A DNA stretch of 62,498 nucleotides, the filler included. It is 6 parts of 6 records of this genome, joined end to end, with 100 filler letters (N's around TTAATTAATTAA, not from the genome) between each part and the next. Parts side by side here need not be neighbours in the genome. Positions count along the whole stretch, not along the records: positions 39,958 to 48,022 come from SRR31156797_12542; positions 48,123 to 57,306 come from SRR31156797_12545; 4 more parts are not named here. One strand, 5' to 3'. The translations under genes and the position numbers were made by a program. The notes under the pieces are model-generated. The model did not search any database. It was given only the letters and a program-made list of their open reading frames with translations, and was not told the origin of the DNA. Positions 40,508 to 48,229 of the stretch are shown piece after piece (position 1 is the stretch's first letter; the number at the start of each line of letters is the position of its first letter).

Positions 40508-41401
40508 ATGAAAGCCGAACTCGATCTCAACGAGCTGAAAAACCTTATCGCTTCCTGTGGAAAAGGTATTCCACAGGCCAGGGAGGAGTTTCAGGCGTTG
40601 TACGGCAAGATTATCTACAGTTTTCCTGTTAAGGTATTTCGGATCGATGAGGAAAGGGCCGCGGATTTCTATCTATATGTTTTTGAGAAAGACAGAATAT
40701 TCAAGAGGCTAAAAGGTTTCCGGGGCGATAGAATTTCTTTAAGGAATTACCTGAATTATTTTGTGTTGAAAAATTTGGCCTTTGAATGGTTGCGAAAGGA
40801 ATCGAGTGCTTTCATTGATACCATCCCCTTTGATGACAACGCCTCGGAAGCTGTTGAGAAGCACCAATACGGCGGCGAACGAAACCCCGTTGAAATGCTT
40901 GAAAAGGGCGACTGGCTGGTTTTGAGAATCCTCTACATGTATGTACTGCAACTGACCCCTGAGGACATCGAAGTGATTATCAAGAAGTCAGGGAAATCCA
41001 AGGAGAACGTTGATAACTTGATGAAACGGGTTGAAAACCGACTTGATTTGCGGGCCGCAAGGAAAATTGAACAAGACGACCATTTGGAAACCCTTTTCAG
41101 CCGTAGACTGGAATACCATCGACGGCTTGTGATCATTGAAGAAGATATCCTGACGGCCAAGGAAAACAATGACCGGGCGAGACTCGATATTTTGAAAAAC
41201 CGGAAAGATGAGCTGCTGGAAAAATATAATTGGCGTCTTCGGCAGGTGGAGGTAATTCTGGAGAAGTATCCTCTTTCGATGGTTGCGACGTCTTACAAGG
41301 ACATTGCCGAATTGCTGGGTACTACCACCGGAGCCGTCGGCGCCATGATTTACAAGACTAAAGAACGGTTCAGGAAACACTTTTTGTCCGCGCCGCCATG
41401 A
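40508..41401 (+). CDS. ECF-like sigma-70 factor with coiled-coil insertion in region 4
   Basis: Region-2-like FQALYGKIIY...AADFYLYVF...FRG...NLAFEWLRK; C-terminal HTH SYKDIAELLGTTTGAVGAMIYKTKERFR. Confidence 0.8.
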   Translation: MKAELDLNELKNLIASCGKGIPQAREEFQALYGKIIYSFPVKVFRIDEERAADFYLYVFEKDRIFKRLKGFRGDRISLRNYLNYFVLKNLAFEWLRKESSAFIDTIPFDDNASEAVEKHQYGGERNPVEMLEKGDWLVLRILYMYVLQLTPEDIEVIIKKSGKSKENVDNLMKRVENRLDLRAARKIEQDDHLETLFSRRLEYHRRLVIIEEDILTAKENNDRARLDILKNRKDELLEKYNWRLRQVEVILEKYPLSMVATSYKDIAELLGTTTGAVGAMIYKTKERFRKHFLSAPP

Positions 41402-41423
41402 TTAGTGTAGGGAAAATGATCGC

Positions 41424-42116
41424 ATGATATCTTCAGCCAAAGCCGAATGTCCTGATAAATATACCCTTTTCCAATATTTCAATGGCGATCTCAATGTTCG
41501 GGACGTCCAAATTACGAAGGAACATCTGGCGGAATGCTCCGACTGCCTGTTGAGAATTCAGGAATTCGCTTTGATTCAATCCCGCTTGGATGCGGTGCCG
41601 GACCTGGAAGTTCCGAAAGAACTTGCCGGCAAAGTTAGAACAGGATGGAAAACCGCAGGGGACAACCCATCCGTGAAAAAGAACGGAGAAATCGGCCGTC
41701 TGGTTGTTCAGTTTGCAAAGTCCGGGTTTCGGGTTCTCAAGGAATCCATACTCCCCGATGACACGGAAATCATCTGGCGCCAACTTGGAGAGTCTGCTTT
41801 CGTTTTCCGTGATACGAAACAAAATGAAGTCGCTTTGGAGTTGTTGCTTCAGCAGGAAATCCGGAAACAGGACACCGTGCTATCTTTGAGTTTCATTAGA
41901 GAGCCTAACGAATCGGTCCAAATGAGGGTACATTTAAAAGAGTCCGATCGATCATTGCCTGATACCCGTGTCTCCCTGAAAAGGAGCGGTTCCATCCTTC
42001 ATTCCAAAAAGACTGATCCGGAAGGCTCGGCGATTTTTACCCATATTGATCCCGGAACCTATACGGTTGAGATATCATCGAGGAAGATCCAGTGGACCAT
42101 TGAATTCAGGCCGTGA
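41424..42116 (+). CDS. zf-HC2 (ZAS) anti-sigma-like protein with C-terminal Ig/carboxypeptidase-regulatory-like domain
   Basis: ECPD...HLAECSDC (HxxxCxxC); C-terminal KTDPEGSAIFTHIDPGTYTVEI; no TM segment; directly after the sigma gene. Confidence 0.8.
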   Translation: MISSAKAECPDKYTLFQYFNGDLNVRDVQITKEHLAECSDCLLRIQEFALIQSRLDAVPDLEVPKELAGKVRTGWKTAGDNPSVKKNGEIGRLVVQFAKSGFRVLKESILPDDTEIIWRQLGESAFVFRDTKQNEVALELLLQQEIRKQDTVLSLSFIREPNESVQMRVHLKESDRSLPDTRVSLKRSGSILHSKKTDPEGSAIFTHIDPGTYTVEISSRKIQWTIEFRP

Positions 42117-44902
42117 AGCTATCCCTCACAGAGGGAATCCCCATGAGCAAACCCCTTGTGTTGTCGGTGTTTAAGAAGGACGATGTAGCCATATTCGATC
42201 TGGGCGAAACCATGCCCATCGGACGGTATGAACATCTCCGCCTGGAAGGCGACCTTTCAAGAAAAATCGTCCAAGAGATACAAAGGATAACCTCCCTTTC
42301 CAATATTCAACAAAACCAACCGTCTAGGGCATTGGCCCCGCCGTCCTATTCCGATAAAACTGACCCCTTAAAGGAACTAGAAATTCTGGGAAAGATGATT
42401 TTTGACCAACTCTTTCCAAATGAGGTTAAAAACGCCCTGAGAAACGCCAACATCGGGGACCTGATCCTCAGGCTTGACGAGTCCCTTCTTGAGATACCCT
42501 GGGAGTTGGCCCATGACGGTAAAGCCTTTCTCGGGAACCGCTGCCATGTGGGTCGACAGGTCATCAGCAATCGATCCCTGAATAGGACCAGGAAATTCGC
42601 TTCCAGGCCAAAAGGAGAGCAAACCCGCGTTCTTATCATCTCCGATCCCACCGGAAGCCTGCCCGAAGTGGAAAAAGAGACCGAAACTTTGGTTGAACTG
42701 CTTGACCGGAAAGAGGGATTCCATGTGGAGGTCGTCGGGGGTGAAAGGGCCTGCAAGTTTTATATTCTAAAGATGTTGCCGGAATTCCATATGGTCCATT
42801 TTGCCGGCCATTCTGTTTTCAATCCTGAAAATCCACAAGAGAGCGGGTGGCGATTGTTCGATGGTTTTCTCGGACCCGAGGAATTTTCCCGCCTCACGGA
42901 TCCGCCGCGCCTTGTCTTCAGCAATTCCTGCTCATCAGCGGCGGCAAAAGGTTCTTGTGAACCATCAACCATGAAGGTGGAAATGCCCGGAAAGGAGGCC
43001 GTACCGGTTCAAATTGCTAGTTTGGGCTTGGGAGGGAGTTTCCTGCTGGCCGGTGTAGAAAACTACGTGGGTGCGCTCTGGGTGGTTCACGACCGTTCCA
43101 GCGCCCATTTTGCGAGTTATTTTTACGAGGCTCTTATGACCGGATCAACAATCGGCGATGCCCTGTGGAATGCAAAGAGGGAATGTATGAGTTCACAATC
43201 CGTTCAGACTTTTATCTGGGCATCCTACACTCACTACGGGAATCCCCAGGACCGACCCGTTGTGTTCAAACACCGAAAGGAGGGAACGGGAGAAAAGAAA
43301 GCATCAAATGAGGGCACGAAAACACCTGTGACATTTTTTAATCCCCGGCGAAAAGCCTTTTTTGCGGGGGTGTTGGCAATGCTTCTGTTGGCTACCGGCT
43401 ACTGGATATGGATGTTATTCGGTTCCCAATCAACGGGTATTATTGAGCCGGTTCCTGCAGCGAATACCGATGCCCCTTCTTCTCTGTCCGATGTAGTAGA
43501 AATCGCAACGCCGGTCGAAGAGCCGGCTAACACCGTTCCCCAACAGATAGATATTACTCGGGTAAAAGCAGACAAAAGTCTTTCCTCTGGTCTGGCCGGA
43601 GAGCAATCGGCCCATGCGGGTTCCATGGATCGTGAAAAATCGGAATTGGATAAATCGGAAAAGAAGTCCGGGAATGAGCAGTTCTCAGCCGCTCCAGAGT
43701 CTCCCCTGCCTGCTTTCATCCGGATCACGCCCCCCGACAAAAACCTGCCCCTTCAACTTCGAGCATTTTCCGGTTACTGGGAAGGGAGGTGGGACGGTAC
43801 GCTTTATTCGCAATTGATTGTGGAGAAGATCGACGAGAATTCCGCACAAGTTGTCTACTCCTGGGACGCTCATAGATTCGGACGGTTCAAGGCGGGCTAT
43901 TATCGATACAAGGCAACCGTAAGGAGCAACAGGATTAAATTCGGAGGTAAGGGCAGGTCCGTTTTCGAATTCAAAATTTTAGACTCATTGAATCAATTGA
44001 AGGGGGAACGAAAATACAAACACCAATTCAATACCATTACCATGAAGAGAAAGCATCCCGGTTCTCAATCCACGGGACACCCGAATACTTTCACGAATTC
44101 GCTCGGCATGGCATTTGTGAAAGTTTTACCGGGACGCTTTTTTATGGGAAGTGCCATAAGCCCCGCGGCGGTGCTCCAGCGGTACGGTGGACAAAGTCGC
44201 TTTCTTAGGAGATATATGGACGAACACCCACAACATTGGGTAACCATCAGCAAACCTTTTTACATGCAAACCACGGAAGTTACCGTAGGGCAATGGCGAT
44301 CCTTCATTCGGGATACCGGTTATAAGACGGAGGCGGAGACCGACGGGGGCGCCCTCATGTGGACGGGTGCCAGTTGGCAAAAAGTGAAAGGGTGCTATTG
44401 GGACAACCCTGGATTTCCTCAACAGGAAGACAGTCCCGTGACCTGCGTTTCATGGAATGATGTCAATGTTTTTATAACATGGTTGAACGGTAGGGAAGAC
44501 GGGCATTATGGCTTGCCCAGCGAAGCGGAGTGGGAGTATGCGTGCCGGGCGGGGACCACTACGAGATTCTGTTTCGGAAATGACCGGGATCGCCTTGATG
44601 AATATGCATGGCACTGGCAGAATGCCGAACTCCGCACACATCCCGTCGCAGGAAAGAAACCCAACCCATGGGGGCTTTACGATATGCACGGGAATGTCTG
44701 GGAATGGTGCCGGGACTGGTATGGCGATTACGCTTTCGCTTCAGTGGAAGATCCCGAAGGTCCCGGATCTGGCATTGGCAGGGTCGATCGCGGTGGCGGG
44801 TGGATGAGCAGCCCGGCCAGGTGCCGGTCAGGGGCCCGAAACAGCAATTATCCCCGCAGCAGAAATACGGACATCGGCTTTCGCCTTGTCCAAAAACCGT
44901 AG
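42113..44902 (+). CDS. CHAT (caspase-like) protease - TM - FGE-sulfatase/SUMF1 domain protein
   Basis: LEIPWELAHDG, HFAGHS (His) and FSNSCSS (Cys) dyad, WASYTHYGNP; TM after PRRK; FFMGS, TEVTVGQW, LPSEAEWEYACRAG, NPWGLYDMHGNVWEWC, RGGGW, IGFRLV; GTGA overlap with the upstream gene. Confidence 0.9.
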   Translation: MKLSLTEGIPMSKPLVLSVFKKDDVAIFDLGETMPIGRYEHLRLEGDLSRKIVQEIQRITSLSNIQQNQPSRALAPPSYSDKTDPLKELEILGKMIFDQLFPNEVKNALRNANIGDLILRLDESLLEIPWELAHDGKAFLGNRCHVGRQVISNRSLNRTRKFASRPKGEQTRVLIISDPTGSLPEVEKETETLVELLDRKEGFHVEVVGGERACKFYILKMLPEFHMVHFAGHSVFNPENPQESGWRLFDGFLGPEEFSRLTDPPRLVFSNSCSSAAAKGSCEPSTMKVEMPGKEAVPVQIASLGLGGSFLLAGVENYVGALWVVHDRSSAHFASYFYEALMTGSTIGDALWNAKRECMSSQSVQTFIWASYTHYGNPQDRPVVFKHRKEGTGEKKASNEGTKTPVTFFNPRRKAFFAGVLAMLLLATGYWIWMLFGSQSTGIIEPVPAANTDAPSSLSDVVEIATPVEEPANTVPQQIDITRVKADKSLSSGLAGEQSAHAGSMDREKSELDKSEKKSGNEQFSAAPESPLPAFIRITPPDKNLPLQLRAFSGYWEGRWDGTLYSQLIVEKIDENSAQVVYSWDAHRFGRFKAGYYRYKATVRSNRIKFGGKGRSVFEFKILDSLNQLKGERKYKHQFNTITMKRKHPGSQSTGHPNTFTNSLGMAFVKVLPGRFFMGSAISPAAVLQRYGGQSRFLRRYMDEHPQHWVTISKPFYMQTTEVTVGQWRSFIRDTGYKTEAETDGGALMWTGASWQKVKGCYWDNPGFPQQEDSPVTCVSWNDVNVFITWLNGREDGHYGLPSEAEWEYACRAGTTTRFCFGNDRDRLDEYAWHWQNAELRTHPVAGKKPNPWGLYDMHGNVWEWCRDWYGDYAFASVEDPEGPGSGIGRVDRGGGWMSSPARCRSGARNSNYPRSRNTDIGFRLVQKP

Positions 44903-44975
44903 ATTTCCCCCATCCGAAATCCTGAAAAACGATTCGATCCCAAAGTGGGGTGAGACCTGTGGGAGCGTGTCGGTT

Positions 44976-45956
44976 TTAGGGCCTTTCCGCCATGAGGTAC
45001 TCCGAACCGGGGTTTAGAAAAAACCGGCCCATATTGCTCAAAATCGTCAGCAATTCATTGATCTGAATGGCGTAAAAGGCAGGCGGAATTTCCGTCTTGA
45101 ACAGTTCCTGTTCTTCTTCATCTTCGTGTATCAACCGCATATTGATCAGCCGGCACATTTCCACGTGTTCTTTTGTCACTGCCAATGTTGAAAAATGCGA
45201 TTCCTCGTTCCATTCCTGACTGGTGAGCAAGATGTAAAGTTGCCCAAAGATCTGAAGGGATGTGGTGGAATGATCCGCGTAGAGTGAAAAAAGATGAAGA
45301 CATGCATTGTGCAATTGATCACGGGAGGGAACAAGATCGGCTTTGGTCAAATCCTTGTCGGAAATCGTCCTTTCATAAAGTTTCCGATAAGCGCGTTTTC
45401 TAAGGGGAAAACAGAAACAGTGGCCGATATGAGTGGCGTGGCTTCGAACAAAAAGATTAACCTCCGGCGCCAGCTTTGATGCGGCAGCTACAAACGAAAT
45501 GGAAATATCCGGTTTTTTGGAATAAATATCCTGATCATGTTCCAGACAGGTTTCAATGGCCAGCCGCTGATCTTCTTTGAAGAGTTTATCAAAGGAAACG
45601 ATCTCGATATTGGCATCTATGTCTAATTGACTCGTTTTGAATATAGAGTTAGTTAGACATTCTAAATTTAACAGTTTTTCATCAATATGGCTTGTTGCAT
45701 ATATTCTCTTTCTGAGGTCATAGGCGACGGGTACATCTCTATCCAATCGAATAAGGGCATCAAAAGGAATTCCGGTTGTCCTTGAAATCTCTTCCAGATC
45801 TTGCTTCGGGGTGCCCCGCTTATGCTCTCTGTTCTCCAGACGCCTCCATTGTCTGGCGTAAGAGACTCCGAATTTTTCGGCCATCTTTTCTTGTGTCAGG
45901 CCCGTGTAATCTCGATATGCCTTAAGTATCTGGGACAAGTTGGAATATTGCTCCAT
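44976..45956 (-). CDS. XRE-family HTH regulator with C-terminal GNAT-like/sensor domain
   Basis: LKAYRDYTGLTQEKMAEKFGVS..WRRLEN; C-terminal fold assignment is tentative. Confidence 0.75.
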   Translation of the reverse strand: MEQYSNLSQILKAYRDYTGLTQEKMAEKFGVSYARQWRRLENREHKRGTPKQDLEEISRTTGIPFDALIRLDRDVPVAYDLRKRIYATSHIDEKLLNLECLTNSIFKTSQLDIDANIEIVSFDKLFKEDQRLAIETCLEHDQDIYSKKPDISISFVAAASKLAPEVNLFVRSHATHIGHCFCFPLRKRAYRKLYERTISDKDLTKADLVPSRDQLHNACLHLFSLYADHSTTSLQIFGQLYILLTSQEWNEESHFSTLAVTKEHVEMCRLINMRLIHEDEEEQELFKTEIPPAFYAIQINELLTILSNMGRFFLNPGSEYLMAERP

Positions 45957-46208
45957 CTCTCATCATCCTCGGCAGAAATTACCAAACATAAGAGGACATT
46001 TTCTGTCCTGGTTTCGAATTTTCAAGGAGTTTACAATGTCGAAGTTCAGAATACAAGGGTTTTAACATTAAAAAATCAGCATTTCTATCTGGTTTGTTGG
46101 TTTTTCCCCTTGGAATGCCGACAATCTCTCATTATGAACTGCAACTATCTATCAAATCATCAATGCTTTTGGCGGAAAGCTCATATCAAAATAAATGTCT
46201 ATAATAAT

Positions 46209-46383
46209 TCCTTGTTATTTTAGCATGGGGATGGCAACTGCCGATAGTCTGAAGGCAGTTGAAAGAATGGTCGAATCAAGACGCATTGATCAACGCATAA
46301 TCAATCAAGTGCATGTTGCATCCAACAATAATGGACTGTGGGGGGAAGAAAAACCCAGTAATATTCATCCTTCACAATAAGGA
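46209..46383 (+). repeat. ~170-bp non-coding direct repeat, copy 1
   Basis: TCCTTGTTATTTTAGCATG...GATAGTCTG...CATAATCAATCAAG...GGAAGAAAAACCCAG, collinear with 46674-46838. Confidence 0.9.
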
Positions 46384-46423
46384 AGGTCATTCCGGCCTAT
46401 TTCAGGAAAAAAGGAGGATCATC

Positions 46424-46669
46424 ATGAACAAGCTGGCGATACTTATTATGGGTATCATTTTTTTGGTCTTTGGTGTGATCGGTTTGATTGCTGCATACGC
46501 CGTACGTCCACCATCAGATGTTGGCGAGGCGCTAATGATGATAGGGCAAAATAGAATGGGTTATCTGAAGGCGCCTTATTACCATATCGGCTTTGGCATG
46601 TCGTTGTTCACTTCCTTGCTTGGCATAATTCTGACATTTAAAGGGTTGTCAAGGGGAAAATGTCTTTAA
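46424..46669 (+). CDS. Small two-TM membrane protein (81 aa)
   Basis: AAGGAGGA RBS before ATG 46424; two hydrophobic helices; lies between the two repeat copies. Confidence 0.75.
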   Translation: MNKLAILIMGIIFLVFGVIGLIAAYAVRPPSDVGEALMMIGQNRMGYLKAPYYHIGFGMSLFTSLLGIILTFKGLSRGKCL

Positions 46670-46673
46670 AAAG

Positions 46674-46838
46674 TCCTTGTTATTTTAGCATGTGATAACA
46701 ACTGTGGATAGTCTGGCGGGAATTGAAACAATGGCCGAAGCAAGACACATAATCAATCAAGCGCATTGTGCCTCCAAAAATAATGAACTTCGTGGAGGAA
46801 GAAAAACCCAGAAATTTTCATTCTCCTAAAAATAGGCA
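46674..46838 (+). repeat. ~165-bp non-coding direct repeat, copy 2
   Basis: Collinear with copy 1 but lacks a ~12-nt segment; starts 4 nt after the stop of the small gene. Confidence 0.9.
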
Positions 46839-47182
46839 ATGTTTTCACTGAGGGCCTATTTTAGAAACCATGGAAAAGCCTACATTCGTTTTCTCAATAT
46901 GGGAAACCCGTGAGTTTTTTTTCTCTCCGGAATTATTGAGGAAAATTGGTTAAATGTAAGAATAAGATACAGGAAATTTTCGTCACTAATAAATAGATAA
47001 CGGTTTCCAGGGAGGATAATACGGAAAATCAACTCTAGAAACAGCCGATGAGGTTTTTGAAAAGAAAACAGCTCAAGGATAATAGAACTGAGGTAATGAT
47101 AAAATAATCAATAGATTAGTTTGCGTGATTTGGCAGTGTGTATGTCACATTAAATTAACAAACCCAAAAGGAGGAAAAGAGT

Positions 47183-47506
47183 ATGGATCAGGAGAAAGGG
47201 TTTACAGCATCGCTTTTTGATCTTTCATTCAAAGCGTTAATTACATCAAGATTGGTGACGGTTTTGTATGGCCTTTCTGTAACCTGTGCAGGAATAACAG
47301 CGGTTCTCATGATTAAATCCGCATTTTCATTTTCGGCAATCACCGGATTCGCGACGCTCATCGGCGCACCATTGCTTTTCCTGATAATCGTCATTTGGGC
47401 AAGAGTCATTTTGGAAATCATCATGGTTTTGTTTCGCATTTCAAATGACGTTGCCAAAATGGCGGCGAGTATTGATCTGAATAAAGATCTCGAATCACAG
47501 AAGTGA
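47183..47506 (+). CDS. DUF4282-like membrane protein
   Basis: LFDLSFKALITSRLVTVLY...ARVILEIIMVLFRI; AAGGAGG RBS. Confidence 0.8.
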   Translation: MDQEKGFTASLFDLSFKALITSRLVTVLYGLSVTCAGITAVLMIKSAFSFSAITGFATLIGAPLLFLIIVIWARVILEIIMVLFRISNDVAKMAASIDLNKDLESQK

Positions 47507-47572
47507 AAAGAGCTTGGTGAAAACAATTAATAGCGGTTTAACGAAGTTAATCACACAAAAAGGGGGGAGTTC

Positions 47573-47929
47573 ATGCGAAAACCAACACATAATCAAGTTA
47601 TAGTTATAGTGGCTATATTTGGGATTTTGATAAATATTCTTGCATGCACTTCAAGCTCGGAAGACACCCTGGTGGGTAAATGGCAGGAGATAGACGGGGC
47701 TGAAACAATGGCGTTTTCAAAAGAAGGGAATGTAACCATTGTTCCCGATGATGCCCCTTCAATGAGCGGGCAATATAGCTTTACTGATAAGGATACTGTG
47801 AAGATAAAGCTATCCGGCCTGGTTGGAGCCATGCTTGACCCGTTTATTCTTAAAGTGACGGTTACAAAGAAAGAGCTAACGGTGATACTCCCGGATGGGA
47901 AAACCGGCAAATTTAAGAGGGTAAAGTAG
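47573..47929 (+). CDS. Small beta-rich lipoprotein
   Basis: Lipobox ILAC; LVGKWQ and SGQYSF motifs. Confidence 0.75.
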   Translation: MRKPTHNQVIVIVAIFGILINILACTSSSEDTLVGKWQEIDGAETMAFSKEGNVTIVPDDAPSMSGQYSFTDKDTVKIKLSGLVGAMLDPFILKVTVTKKELTVILPDGKTGKFKRVK

Positions 47930-48022
47930 GCGTCTTATAAACTGAGATAATCACTAAAAAAAACAAAAGAAAAGAGAGCTAATCAAAAAAATATTTTTTA
48001 GTTCAGTATAGAAACCCTTGCC

Positions 48023-48122
48023 NNNNNNNNNNNNNNNNNNNNNNNNNNNNNNNNNNNNNNNNNNNNTTAATTAATTAANNNNNNNNNNNNNNNNNNNNNN
48101 NNNNNNNNNNNNNNNNNNNNNN
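48023..48122. other. Artificial contig spacer
   Basis: N44-TTAATTAATTAA-N44. Confidence 0.99.
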
Positions 48123-48229
48123 GGCGAAGCCGGCACGATCCGAAAAGATGAAAATTAATTGATTGACTAAACTTAATCTCTGTATTCAAATGAGGATTTC
48201 CACAGAGCCAGAATTCATAAAAAAGGTGA

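Noticed and set aside
44700-44902. FGE-sulfatase C-terminus as a diversity-generating retroelement variable region
   Set aside because: No reverse transcriptase and no adenine-variant template repeat was seen in this contig; a remote DGR cannot be excluded.
46209-46838. Repeat pair as a CRISPR array or integron attC sites
   Set aside because: Only two long diverged copies, no short repeat-spacer periodicity, no cas or intI gene, and no clear RYYYAAC...GTTRRRY palindrome.
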